DNA of 64,000 nt from an uncultured Gemmatimonadales bacterium (GCA_963739455.1 CAVUAK010000001.1:1568001-1632000), one strand, 5' to 3'. Positions 39,162 to 50,768 are shown, counted from the stretch's first letter. Numbers and translations: made by a program. The notes: generated by a model not told the origin, from the letters alone.

Positions 39162-40685
39162 CTATGCAACGGACCCACCACGCATCGCGGCGAGGAAGGC
39201 GGCGCCCCGGTGCCTGAGTACAGGAAACATGGCAAGAGAATAGGCCACGGCGCCTGCAAGAATCTCGAGGGCTAATCGCGGTATTGCCGGAAAGTCGGCT
39301 GCGAGCAGCGTCCGCACCGCATATACGGCTGCTACCATGACCACGGACCCCGTGATCGCCGGGAGAAGCGAGGCGACGTACTTCACGAACGAGAGGTCGA
39401 TTTCATGGAGGACCGCCACGAGGAGTGGCCCGCTCACCACTGGATAGAAAATCAGCCAGGCAACAGCGACACCCGGGAGGCCGTACCGCGCCCCCACGGC
39501 GAAACTGCCAATCAGGAGCGCGCTTGCAAGAAGGCTGTTCTTGAGCACTGCACGGGTCTTGTTGCGGGCGATGAGTATCGACGGTAGCAGCACGAGGACC
39601 GAGCGCATCACAGCGAGCACGCACAGGATCTGCATCGGCACGACAGCTGGGCCCCACTTCGCTCCCAGGACGCCGACCAGGAGATGGTCCGCGATCATCG
39701 CCAGTCCCAGGGAGGCCGGGAATGTCACGAGACTCAAACCTTGGGTGACCAGCAACAGGTATCGGCGCATGCGCGCCGAATCATGCTTTGTTGCTGAGAA
39801 ATAGGATGGCAAGACCCGGGTGACGAGGCCTGAGATCTTGTCCAGTGGCGCTGCGGAGAACGACAGTGCAAGCGTATACGCGCCCAAGGATGCGGCACCC
39901 AGGAGCCGTCCAACGATCAATTGGTCCGCGTTGGAATACGCGAAGTAGCCCAGCCTGCTCAGTAGCACGTCCCGCCCAAACCCCAGGGCATGCCCAAGGC
40001 CCTGCCCGGTTGGTCGCCGGAACCCGATGGGTACCGCTCTGCTCAGCATGATGGTAGAGAGGAATTGAGCCATGACGCCGCCGAGCACAAGCGACCAGTA
40101 GCGAAACCCCATGAATGCAAGGGCAACCGTAATGAGGGCCTGCGTTGCCGCCTGGGCAGCCTCGATGATCGAGAGGCGCTTGAAGCCGAGGTCCCGCTGG
40201 AGCACCCCGGAGCGAACAGTCTGAAGCGACGCAAAACAGGCCGTGAGCCCGAGAACAGCAAGCACCGGGAACAGTTCGGGGTACCGGAAGAACAGGCTGA
40301 GTGGCCAGGCAAGTGCAAGAGTAAGCGCGTAGGCGCCCGCGCCAAGCAAGGCTGCCAGGCCGTTGAGCTCCTCCAATTGTGTCGTGGTCATCTGTCGAAG
40401 GTTGACCACCGCACTCCCTAACCCGAACTCGCTCAGCATCGTCATGAGCGACAGATAGACCGTCGCCATGCCGAAAATGCCGTAGTCGGCGGGGGCGAGG
40501 AGCCGAGCCGTCGCGAGCGTCGCCACCCACGAAAGCACTTGCGCGCTCCACTTCGCCGCGGCCGTCCAGGCGACCCCATGGGCAAATGAGCGATCGAGCT
40601 GACGAGCTGGTGCACCAAGAGCGTCTGTAGGAAAGGATTCTCTCAGCGCACTCTGGTGGCTGTCGCTCGCGGTCGGAATACTCAT
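39162..40685 (-). CDS. Wzx-type polysaccharide flippase
   Basis: ARLLAPADYG, EFGLGSA, NADQLIVGRLLGAASLGAY, LGAKW. Confidence 0.88.
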   Translation of the reverse strand: MSIPTASDSHQSALRESFPTDALGAPARQLDRSFAHGVAWTAAAKWSAQVLSWVATLATARLLAPADYGIFGMATVYLSLMTMLSEFGLGSAVVNLRQMTTTQLEELNGLAALLGAGAYALTLALAWPLSLFFRYPELFPVLAVLGLTACFASLQTVRSGVLQRDLGFKRLSIIEAAQAATQALITVALAFMGFRYWSLVLGGVMAQFLSTIMLSRAVPIGFRRPTGQGLGHALGFGRDVLLSRLGYFAYSNADQLIVGRLLGAASLGAYTLALSFSAAPLDKISGLVTRVLPSYFSATKHDSARMRRYLLLVTQGLSLVTFPASLGLAMIADHLLVGVLGAKWGPAVVPMQILCVLAVMRSVLVLLPSILIARNKTRAVLKNSLLASALLIGSFAVGARYGLPGVAVAWLIFYPVVSGPLLVAVLHEIDLSFVKYVASLLPAITGSVVMVAAVYAVRTLLAADFPAIPRLALEILAGAVAYSLAMFPVLRHRGAAFLAAMRGGSVA

Positions 40686-40690
40686 CAGGT

Positions 40691-42436
40691 TTAGGCGAAC
40701 GCCGTGACGGGCTCGCCAACCGCACCTAGCGCGCGCCGGACCAGTTGGGACGCGAAGCCCGACTCAGGTGGCGGCAGCGCCGCGCCTTCACTCACGATCG
40801 CGCAGCCGGTCGGGCAGGTCCCCGCGATCCGCTGCACCTCGCTGAACTGGACCCGGTTGAATGACGTCGGCGCGTAGCGCACGTTCAGGAAGCGCACCAG
40901 CTCCGCCACCTCGTTGCCGACACCGGTTTCGACCGCCCGGAACCCCGCATATACCGCCTCTACCAGCGCCGCCGACGGCGCCTGTCGCCCCCGGCCAATG
41001 CCGACATACGCGAGGCCGCTCGCCTCCACGTCCGCCGCCCGCATCAGGTTGCACGCATCCACCACCTGCTTCGCCTTCGGCGCCATCGCAGCAATCGCCT
41101 TCCACTGCTCCGCGTACACACGGTGCGGACAGCAGAGCACGATCACCTCCGCGTCGCCCACCGCCTCGGCTAGGTCACGCGTGAACACATCCGTCATGCC
41201 GAAGATGCTTCAGGTTCGCGTCCGTCGCATACACATACGGGTCATGGATCTGCACCTGTACGCCGTGTGCCCGGAGCACCTTCGCGAAGTACAGCGTCGG
41301 CGAGTTCCGCGTGTCCTCGGAGTTGCCCCGGTAGGCCGCGCCCAGCAGCGCAACACGCTTCCCCTTGAGGCTACCGAACGCGCGCTCCGCCAGCCGCAGC
41401 GTCTCTGCCGGCGACTGGTCGTTGATCCGGCGCGACTCCAGGATCAGCGACCGCGAGTTGTCCTCCCCCGCCTCGAGCGCCCGCCACCAGAGCAGCACGC
41501 CGTCCTTCGGCAGGCAGTGCCCGCCCACGCCCAGCATCGGCACCAGCAGCCCGCCGCTCGGCACCGCCTGCGGGTCGCTCGACGCCGTGTCCTCCTGCTT
41601 CGCCTTCGTGTTCACGGCATCGCGCAGGGCGAAGAAATCGATGTCCTGCGCGTCGCAGTAGCGCACGACCTCGGCCGCATACGCGATGCGCACGTCGCGG
41701 TAGGCGTTCTCCAGCGTCTTCACCACCTCGGCCGTCATGCTGTTCGTCGCGTGCAGCTCGCCCTGGGTCACGATCTTCGAGTAGAGCCGCCGGATCAGCC
41801 CCGGCGTCTCCGGGTGCAGGCCCGCGATGATCTTGTCCGACGCCGCCACACGCTCCACCAGGCGGCCCGGCATCACCCGGTTGGGGCTGTTGCCCAGCAG
41901 GATGTCCTTCCCCTCGATCAGGCCGTGCTTGGCGAAGTGATCCGTGATCACCGTCGCCATGGACGACGGCGCCAGCGTCGACTCGAACACGATCACCGGC
42001 ACGTTGCCCTGCGGGCCGCTTCTGCAGCGCCAGCGCGATGCCCGTCAGCGCCTCGAACATCGGGCCGTAGTCGGGCACAGCCCCCTTCTTGTCGGTCTGC
42101 ACGGAGATCAGGATCATGTCGGCGTCGCGACAGCGCATCGTAGCCGTGCGCCGCGCTCAGCAGCCCCGCCGCGACCGATTCCTTCACCACCCGGTCGAGG
42201 TCGGGCTCGACGCCGCCGATCGGCGACTTGCCCGCGTTGATCGCGTCCACCTTCCAGCCCGAGGTCGGCGAGTTGCGCTGCACCACGACCACCTTGGCCG
42301 GCTCCGTCGAGCCTTCCCGGATGCGGGCGTGAGCCAGCATCGCCGCCATCGGCATGCCGACGATGCCAGGGCCCACGACGGCGATCTTGCGGACGGTCCA
42401 GGCGGTGACCTTGTCGTTCTCTAGCGTGAGCGGCAT
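40691..42436 (-). CDS. Nucleotide-sugar dehydrogenase (UDP-Glc/GDP-Man/UDP-ManNAc DH family; frameshifted)
   Basis: VVGPGIVG, FEST, SPNRVMPG, KTLENAYRDV, GVGGHCLPKD, GAAYRGNSEDTRNSP, HDPY. Indels at ~42130, ~42005 and ~41200. Confidence 0.87.
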
Positions 42437-42455
42437 CGGTCTCGTCGGGTCAGGG

Positions 42456-44338
42456 TCAGTCGGCGTCGATGAACTGCCGGTGCCACAGCTCCAGGTTCAG
42501 GAGCCCCCACAGGCGACGGCCGAAGGCCGCCTCCTTGCCTAGCAACTGCTGTACCTCGGCCGGGTCGAAGATTCCCCGCTCCCGGCAGCGCTGCGACAGC
42601 AGCACGTCGTGGAAGAAGTCCCGCGCCCGGCCCTGGGCCCACAGGTGCAGCGGCACCGGGAAGCCCATCTTGTCCTTGCGCTCCAGGATCCGCGTCGGCA
42701 GCGTGTGCTGCACCGCGCGCTTGAGGATGTACTTCATCTCGCCGCCGCGGAACTTCATCGCCGGCGGCATGCTCGCCACCAGGTCCGCCATCCGGTAGTC
42801 GAGCATCGGCACCCGCGACTCGAGCGACACCGCCATGCTCACGCGGTCCTCCACCTGCAGCAGCGCCGGGAGGGTGGTCACCATGTCGAAGTGCGTCATC
42901 TTGTTGTAGTACGACGACGTCTCCGGGTGGTTGAACACCTCCTGGAACCGCTCGAACTGCGCCTCGGGCTGGTAGCCTGCCCGGAAGTCCTCGCTCAGCA
43001 GGTCCAGCGCGCCACCGCTCCGGTCGATCAGCCGGAAGTAGCGCCGGTCCATCGGCGAGAACAGCTCATCGTTCCAGAACTGCTTCAGCATCGGCACGTA
43101 CTGCTTGAGCGCCGCCAGGTTGGGCACGATCGAGCGGAGCGAGACGATGTGCTCCTGCTCTTCGTTCGTCTCGAAGATCGCGCCCTTGAGCGCCTGCTCG
43201 AGGTACGCCACCAGGTAGCGCGCGTAGCCGCCGAAGATCTCATCGCCGCCCTGGCCGCCCAGGCACACCTTCACCTGCTTCTGCGCCATCCGCGAGACGA
43301 TGTACTGCGGAAACAGGCCCGGCCCCGCCACCGGCTCGTCCATGTGGTAGACGAGCTTCGGCAGCAGGTCGACGAACTCCTGCTCGGTCGGGAAGATCTC
43401 GTGCGACTCGGCGCCGCAGGCGCGGCCACCTCGCGCGCATAGTCGAGCTCGTCGAACTCCGGCCCTTCCTCGAACGCGCCCGAGAAGGTGTGCAGCTTGC
43501 CGCCGACATGCGGGGCGGCCAGCATCGTCACCAGGCTCGAGTCCATGCCGCCGCTCAGGTAGCAGCCCACCGGCACGTCGCTGCGCATCTGCAGCCGCAC
43601 CGCGTCGGTGAGCAGCCGCCGGACCTCCTCCACGAAGTACTCCTCCGTGTGGTACGGGTCGAGCTGGAACGTCGGTTCCCAGTACTTCTCCGTTCGCACC
43701 TCGAGCGATGCCAGGTTCACCACCTGGTAGTGCCCCGGCAGCAGCTTGCGTACGCCCCGGAACAGCGTCGCATCGCCCAGCACGAACTGGAAGGTCAGGT
43801 AGTCGTGCAGCGCCTCGGTGTGCGGGGCTCGCATCGCCTCCGGATGCCGCAGCAGCGCCTTGATCTCCGAGGCGTAGCATACCTGCCCCGCGATCTCGGC
43901 GTAGTACAGCGGCTTGACCCCGAAGTGATCGCGCGCCGCCAGCACCGTGCCCCGTTCCCGGTCGTACAGCAGGAACGCGAACATGCCGTTGAGCAGCTCG
44001 ACGCAGCCCTCGCCATGCTCGGCGTAGAGCCGCAGGATCACTTCGGTGTCCGACTGCGTCCTGAACTCGTGGCCCTGTCGACGCAGCTCGTCGCGCAGTT
44101 CCACGTAGTTGTAGATCTCGCCGTTGAACACGATCGTCAGCGGCCCGCTCGTCATCGGCTGCTGGCCGGTGGCGAGGTCGATGATCGCCAGCCGCTTGTG
44201 GTGGAAGCCCACCCGGTCGTCGATCTGCTGGCCCTCGCCGTCCGGTCCGCGATGCTGGATCGTGTGCGCCATCGCGCCCAGGATCTCCGCGTCCACCGGC
44301 TGCGCCGGGCGCGTCAGGATCCCCACGAATCCGCACAT
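42456..44338 (-). CDS. asnB: Asparagine synthase (glutamine-hydrolysing) family amidotransferase (one frameshift ~43420)
   Basis: MCGFVG, HRGPD, RLAIIDL, FNGEIYNY, SDTEV, RDHFGVKPL, LSGGMDSS, GQGGDEIFGGY, EDRVSMA, KMGFPVP. Confidence 0.9.
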
Positions 44339-44341
44339 GCG

Positions 44342-45314
44342 CTAGGCCGCCACGGCCGGCGCGCGGAGCGCCAGGCCCTTCCGGTCCATCAGGGCGCGCG
44401 CATGGGTGCTCATGTTCACCAGTTCGAAGTGCTCACCGAGCACCTTCAGCACCCGCTCGAAGAGCTCGATCTTCTTGCTGCTCTTCACGTCCATGCCCGG
44501 GAAGAAGGCGAGGGCCGGAGCCTCTTCGCCGCCGAGCAGGTCGAGCGGGTGAAGCAGGAACGAAGGCTCGAGTCCGGTGGCGCGGCACATGGTCACCGCC
44601 GTGCGGAGGTACGCCGCCATCGCCACTTCCGAGTAGCGCGCCAGGTAGAGCAGGTAGCTGAAGTGGAATGGCACCTTGAACACCGGCATCGTGGTCACCG
44701 GGATCTCGAGCAGCGTCTTGCCGCCATCCAGGTTCCAGTGATACGGCTTGTTCGGGCGGAACCCCTCGCTCAGTGAACCGAAGAGGTAGCTGCGCTTCTC
44801 CCGCTCTTCCTTCGACAGCTTCGCGGTCCAGAAGTAGTAGGCGCGCGCCAGCGGTCCGAGGAAGGTGGGGAAGGTCGAGGCGTCGTACAGATACCCTCGA
44901 CGCGAGAGCACGCGCAGCAGTTCCGGGCTCCAGCTGAAGCCCGGTCCGCGGAACCCGAGGGGTCGCTGCCCAGTCGCCGCCTGGATCGCCGAGCTCGGCG
45001 CCGGTGATTTCCTTCTCGAGCTGGTCCGGCGCGTACAGGTGCAGCCACGGCTCGTGCTCGTAGGAGTGGTTGCCCACCTCGTGCCCCGCCGTCACGAACG
45101 CGCGCAGCGCCGGGATGTTCTCCTCCCGCGCCGCATCAACGCCCACGATGAAGAACGTGATCTTGATGCCAAGGCGCTCGAGCGACTCGAGCACGATGGG
45201 CGAGAACGTCGGGAGGTACGTCGGGCGGCTTTCCCAGCCGGCGTCCCCGTGCGTCTTCATGTACGACCAGAGGTTGTCGACGTCGAGCGAGACGCTTGCT
45301 AGCGGACGGCTCAT
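44342..45314 (-). CDS. Polysaccharide deacetylase (CE4) family protein (frameshifted)
   Basis: SLDVDN, TFFIVG, HEVGNHSYEH, YLYDAS, EIPVTT, LLHPLD. Confidence 0.85.
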
Positions 45315-46665
45315 GCAGCCCCCGTGGCGGCCAGTACGGCGGCTCGCTTGCGCGCAGGCGCGTGAGAAGCTGGGCCGCCTGGCTGTTGGCGAGGCCGATG
45401 GTCTCGTTCACGTTGAGCGTCCCGTTCGCGATCTGCGCCGAGTTGACGATGGAGACCGCCGGCAGGGACGTCGCAAGGGCCGGAAGTCGCTCCGCCGTGT
45501 AGTTGAGCGTTGATACTGCGAGCACTTCCCTCACACGCGACACCTGGAACGCGAGCACCTGGTCGCGCTTGAACGCGGGATACATCCGCTCCAGCGCCGC
45601 GAGGAACAGTTCACGGATTTCGTCGTCGGTCTTGCTCCAGAAGGTGTCGTCCTGTGCCAGGTACCGCGGCAGGTACACCAGGCTCCGGCCGCCGAACCGT
45701 TCCTTGTCCACCAGCGTCGTCATTTCGATCACGCCAGTGAATGGAACCCAGTCGTCAGTGAGGTTGGTGACGTAGTAGTCCGCCAGGGGTCGCTCCAGCA
45801 GCAGCGACGCGCAGGCGATTCCCTGATATACCACGCCATTCAGTCGCTCGCTCTCGGCGGCGCTCAGCTGGGGCGCCAGCTTGGCCACCCGCCCGCACGG
45901 TACCGTGAGCACTACATGATCGAAGGTACGACTTGTCCCGTTGGCGAACTGTACCTCGGCGCCGTGATCCAGTTGCTTCACTTCGGCCACCGGGTGGTCT
46001 GTCAGGGTCTCGACGCCCAGCGCATCGAGGTGCTTCTGGAAGCGGTCCAGCACCAGCGTATATCCGCCGTCCACATAGCCGAACCGTTCCACCTTGAGGC
46101 CGGACCGGCGGGCGGCATACATCCGCTGGATGATTGCCCAGATGAACGACGCACTCGCGAGGCGGTAGTTCTCTCCCAGCTTCGACCGCAGCAGCGGCAA
46201 CCACATCTTCTGGAACACCCGCTTCCCCGAGAGCTTCTCGAGCCACGTCGCCACCGGAACCTCTTCGAGCGCGCGCCAGTCGGTCACGCGTGAAGCGTAG
46301 AGGATGGTGCCAGCCAGTCGCGCCTTGTCGATGAGGGACAGCGGGGGGAACATGGCGAAGTCGAGGCTCGTGGAAAGCGAATAGAGCTTGCCGTCAGTAT
46401 AGAAACCGGTGCGCGTGGTGCCCCATCGCAGCCGGTCGGCGAGCTCGAGATCCTCGAGTAACGCGCGAAGGTTCAGGTCGGAGAGGAGGATGACGTGGTA
46501 GAACCGGTCCCAGGTGTACTCCCCGTGACGCGCGGCGCTCGCCAGCCCACCGGTGGTCGGTGCCGCCTCGATGAGCGTGGCATTGCAGCCAGCCTCCTTG
46601 AGCCGCTTGGCCAGGGTCATGCCGAGCATGCCGCCACCAACGATGCCGATGCTAGGAGTGGACAC
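45311..46665 (-). CDS. NAD(P)/FAD-dependent oxidoreductase (amine oxidase/PPO-like)
   Basis: IGIVGGGMLG, GGLA, WDRFYHVIL, GYVDGGY, NSAQIANGTLNVNET. Ends inferred from the overlapping stop/start with neighbours. Confidence 0.82.
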
Positions 46666-48453
46666 GCGTCGGCGGGACAGGGGAGGGAATTGCCGTCCGT
46701 GGCGCAGGTGCCGGGGTGGCACCGCGGGTCCTGAGAGGCGCACGACCATCAGCTTGCGCAGCAGGCCAAGCTGGCCCACGATCGTCTTGAGCACCTTCAT
46801 CTTTGAGCGGCCCAGCATGCGCACCTCGAGCCGCGTCGGGTATTCGACGATGCGGGAGCCGGACAGGTCGAGCCGCCCGATGAACTCCGCGACGCCGAGG
46901 AATCCTCGCTCATTGATCGGGATCTTGATCGCGGCGCTGCGGCGATACACCCGGAAGCAGCTGGTGTAGGTGTGGAGGTTGTTGTGCAGCACATGCCGGT
47001 AGAGTCCCGAGAGCGACCGCGACAGGAACAGCCGCCAGGCCGCCACGTTGAGCACGCCGCCGTCCGGGTGATACGGCGAGGCGGTCACCAGGTCCACGTC
47101 ATCGGTAAGCAGCGGCATCATGCCGGCAAGCTCGTGCGGGTCATAGCTGCAGTCCGCGTCGATCGAGGCAGACGATCTCGGTGTCGGCCTGCCTTGATCC
47201 CGGTCATGATGGCAGCAGCGACACCGCCATTTACCTCGTGCCGCACCACCTTGCAGTTGCTCCTGGCCGCCGAACGTCTTCTGGAGGCCCGCGAAGGTGC
47301 CGTCGGTGCTGCAGTCGTCCACGAACACGAACCGCAAGTCGAATCGAGTCCCCCAGTCGCTTCTCCACCGACTGCAGCGTGTTCCGCAGGTACGCGAGGC
47401 CGTTCTCCTCGTTGAAGCAGGGAACCACCAGCGTCACCGGGATCGGGGCGGGGATATCCACGCCAAGCTGGAGCTGTTGCGGCGTGGCGAGGCGCGATGG
47501 CGCCGGGGTGCGAACCCGGACATTGGCCAGGTGTCGCTGATACCTCCGGCGCCATCCGGAGCCAGTCTACTACGCTGGTGAAGCGGTAGGCTGAGAGCGT
47601 CTCCTGCAGCAGGCCGTACATCTTGTCGAGGTTGCGATACTGGCGCACCCGTTGCAGGAAAGGTGCGGCCTCGATCCGCGGCTGGTCCGGGTCGATCTCC
47701 CACACATTGAAGTACGTCACCAGTGGCACAGCGAGATGCGACGCCCACCGCTTCAGTTCGTGCCGCACCAACGGGCGGGGGAATTGACGCAGGAAATTTC
47801 CGCCCAGCGGAAGCCGATAGCCCGCTAGGCTGAACGAGGAGATGGGAAGCACCCACAGGTCGCGATCACCCACCGCTCGGCGATGTGTAAACAACAGGTC
47901 GGGACGATCCTTGGCCCGCCGCATCCACGGGACAGAAGCTGGAGTCGTACTGGTAGCCCGCCTCGGCGATCAGGTCCAGTATCCACAGATGATCCGGATT
48001 GTTCCAGACTTCCCCTGCGCGGAAGCCGCGTACTGTCTGGCGCGTGGCCTTCTCCACCACTTCCTTCGACCGCGCGAGATCGATAGCGAGTTCTTCCGGC
48101 GTGAGCTGTGAGATGTCTCGTGGATACATCCCGCGGCTGCCCACCTCGTGCCCCCGCTCCACGATCTTCCGCACCAGCTCCGGCATGCTCTCCGCCAGGT
48201 TGCCGAATACGAAGAAAGTTGCCTTCGACTTTGTCTCGTCCAGAAGGTCGAGCGTGAGGTTGGTGTTGCGCTCCAGCCGGTTCTCAAAGCGATACCACTG
48301 ACCGGCGTGGATCAGCCGGTTGAATGCCTTGACGTGGTAGTAGTCCTCCAGCGTCACCGTCAGCACATGCCGTGGTGAGACACCGCCGCCCCGCTTCATT
48401 GAGCGCCGCTCGACACTCGATGAGGGGGCCGACTGGCTGGGCAGCTGCGTCAC
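46652..48453 (-). CDS. XrtA-system-type polysaccharide deacetylase/DUF3473-like domain apparently fused to a GT2 domain (frameshifted)
   Basis: TLEDYYHV, KATFFVFG, GHEVGSRG, YDSS, GGNFLR, WEIDPDQPR, then VVPCFNEE, VDDCSTD, IDADCSYDP, SPYHP, TSCFRVYRR. Confidence 0.75.
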
Positions 48454-48510
48454 GCAGGGATCCGGTTTGGCGTGGTGCGGAAAAAGGAACTGGGACAGCG
48501 CCCTAGCAGG

Positions 48511-48526
48511 AGCAAGCCGGAGGCCA
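48511..48526 (-). promoter_or_regulatory. Sigma-54 promoter candidate heading the 48.4 to 34.4 kb minus-strand operon
   Basis: Minus strand TGGCCTC-CGGC-TTGCT, ~57 nt before the start at 48453. Confidence 0.55.
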
Positions 48527-48688
48527 GCCCCAGGCCAGAACGTGCCGGGACAAATGCCTGCTCAGTGAACTGACGTTGAATCGTAAGCGTATGTCCTGTA
48601 TCACTTTCACAGCGATGGCGGCACATCCAGCGCGCCCTGGCTGGCCGACACCTGCCAATGGTTGCACTCGTCCCACAGGCAGCCGCCC

Positions 48689-49330
48689 TTAGGCTGGCAA
48701 TACGCCGTTCAGCGAGGGGACCAGCCGCCTTACCGCCTCGTCGGCCAGTCTATCCGCTGCGGCGTCTCCGGAGGCGTCTCCCAGCGGCACGACGATACGT
48801 ACCATCGCCTCCTCCGTACGCGCCTTGAGCGCCGCGTCCCTCAGCAACTCCCACTTCACCTGGTATTCACTCGCTGCCACCCGCCCTCGCCCCTGATACC
48901 AGTAGTACACCAGTGCCCGCTGTCCTCCCTGTGCCAGCACATAGCGGTTCACCGGTACGCTCCCCCCATCCACTGTCACCTGCCTGACGTCGGCGGACAG
49001 CGGTTCCCACCCCGAACCCGGCAGGCAGTTCTTCGGTGAGTGGATTGTCTTTCCGTTCCGCTGGTGCGCGTAGTAACCCACATACACCGAGAATCCCGCG
49101 GCGCTGGACGAGTCGGTGAAGTAACGGAGCAGGTAGTCGCTCGCCCCGTTCGCGGCCAGCTCATCGGCAGCCAGCGCCCGGTCCTCCGACCCGTACGATC
49201 CCATTTCCGCGGGCAATGTCGAAAGCGGCTGTCGCAGCTCCATGCCGCTTGGATCGCGGATCCCGAGCACCAGGAGCGCTCCGGCGCCGAGCACCATGGC
49301 AGGGAGCCACGCCCGGCGCTCAACTGGCAT
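48689..49330 (-). CDS. epsI: EpsI family exosortase-associated protein
   Basis: N-terminal TM, YVGYY, IHSPKNCLPGSGW, VYYWYQ, AMVRI. Confidence 0.9.
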   Translation of the reverse strand: MPVERRAWLPAMVLGAGALLVLGIRDPSGMELRQPLSTLPAEMGSYGSEDRALAADELAANGASDYLLRYFTDSSSAAGFSVYVGYYAHQRNGKTIHSPKNCLPGSGWEPLSADVRQVTVDGGSVPVNRYVLAQGGQRALVYYWYQGRGRVAASEYQVKWELLRDAALKARTEEAMVRIVVPLGDASGDAAADRLADEAVRRLVPSLNGVLPA

Positions 49331-50204
49331 GAGCCCGCCTCGCTGCGAGCCTGGTTTCGAGGCCACGGGCCAGCCACGTTACCCCGCCCAGCACCGCCAG
49401 CGAGACAACAAACAGTAGCCACCCTTCGCTCAAGTGGAGGAACCCTTGTCCCATCTCCGGCGAGATGAAATACACGAAGAATCCCGTGAGGAATACCCGC
49501 ACTGCGTTGACCAGCACCGCCATCCCCACCGCCGCCACTATCAGCAGCACCCTCAGTACCCGGCTGTGTAGCCACAGCGCTCCCAGCAGGAGTCCAATGC
49601 TGAGCAGTGCCGTCAGCGACCTGAGCCCGCTGCACGCCTCGGTAACGAACAACTGGTGTCCTGGCAGCAGGATCACGTTGCCTGCCAGGCGCACCGGGAT
49701 CTGCCGCCACTCGAGTAACGCTGCCCCCATGCGAGAGGCCTGCAGCTGCAGTGGGAGGGCTAGCTGGTTGAGTATGATCGTCGGCAGGGGAACTGACAGG
49801 ATCAGGAGCGACGCCGGAAGCCACCAGCGCTTCAGCTGGCGCCATCCGAGGAAGAAGAGGGTCAGGCCGGCAAGCCCCCCCAGCATCGCCACCCGCTGGG
49901 AAAAGAGTTCCACGGCCAGGGCACCGGCGAAACGCAGCAGCACCGAACCCAGCAGGAACAACAAGCCCCACCACGGGGCGGGACGCGAAGTACGGTCGAT
50001 CCCGGCGCGGTACGCTAGCCAGAGCGCGAGCGGCACCAGCAGTAGCCCGTGCCCAGCATCGGGGTCGCTCCACCACTGCCGCACCAGGCCCGCCGCCGTC
50101 GGCGCGAACAGCACGCCGAACGCCCCCAGCGCCGCCCATAGCGGCAGCTTGAGGTCGCCGCCCGCGACGGCTACAACCGGGGTTGTCCGGGTTCCAGAAG
50201 TCAT
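49320..50204 (-). CDS. xrt: Exosortase (EpsH/Xrt family)
   Basis: WWSDPDAGHG, GNVI, EACSGLRSL (catalytic Cys), NAVRV (Arg), LHLSEG (His). Multi-TM. Confidence 0.93.
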   Translation of the reverse strand: MTSGTRTTPVVAVAGGDLKLPLWAALGAFGVLFAPTAAGLVRQWWSDPDAGHGLLLVPLALWLAYRAGIDRTSRPAPWWGLLFLLGSVLLRFAGALAVELFSQRVAMLGGLAGLTLFFLGWRQLKRWWLPASLLILSVPLPTIILNQLALPLQLQASRMGAALLEWRQIPVRLAGNVILLPGHQLFVTEACSGLRSLTALLSIGLLLGALWLHSRVLRVLLIVAAVGMAVLVNAVRVFLTGFFVYFISPEMGQGFLHLSEGWLLFVVSLAVLGGVTWLARGLETRLAARRAHAS

Positions 50205-50412
50205 GCGCGCCCTGGCTGCAATTGCGATACCCTCTTCGCTCTTCCGTTCCCGTCTACTGCACCACAAGCACACTGGTCTCCAAACCTACCCGACTCATGC
50301 GCACGCTGCGCGCTTCCACTGTGCCGCAGCTGCAGCGTGGCTTGGAAAAGAGGCGGCCCCTGGAGGGGGCCGCCAATGTGTTGCTGGGTCACACCCGCAC
50401 GGTCTGCTCGCG

Positions 50413-50721
50413 TCACCCGGTCTCTTGTTTCCGACGCCTTGCGGCCATGCCGATTCCAGCGAGGCCGGTACCCAGGAGTGCCATCGTCATGGGCTCCGGA
50501 GTCGTCGTGATCGGGCCGCCGTTTCCGATCGGGCTTGGGTTGACCGTTGGCCGCGGAAAGCGCCTGGTGGGAGTGTTCCTCATGATGCAGCCTAGCGTGT
50601 GGCAGTTTGGCAGCGGCTGAAGCCAGTGCTGCAGGCGATCCGGCAGCTGAGCCTCAGCGTCGGGGGAAGCCGCGACTGCAAGCAATGCGACCGCAAGAAG
50701 AACTCGGGCTTGGCGATTCAC
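50413..50721 (-). CDS. Small PEP-CTERM sorting-domain protein
   Basis: GGAG RBS and GTG at 50721. Signal peptide ending AEA-Q. C-terminus TTTPEPMTMALLGTGLAGIGMAARRRK. Confidence 0.88.
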   Translation of the reverse strand: MNRQARVLLAVALLAVAASPDAEAQLPDRLQHWLQPLPNCHTLGCIMRNTPTRRFPRPTVNPSPIGNGGPITTTPEPMTMALLGTGLAGIGMAARRRKQETG

Positions 50722-50768
50722 TATTTGAACTCCGGGCAAGGGCCTGAATGTGACCACTCAAGCCTTAT

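Noticed and set aside
45136..47337. 733-aa ORF suggesting a GT2-FAD oxidoreductase fusion
   Set aside because: An alternative frame gives a natural GT2 end (...PTRVHS-stop at ~46652) overlapping a GTG start at 46665. The region is indel-rich, so the fusion is probably an artefact.
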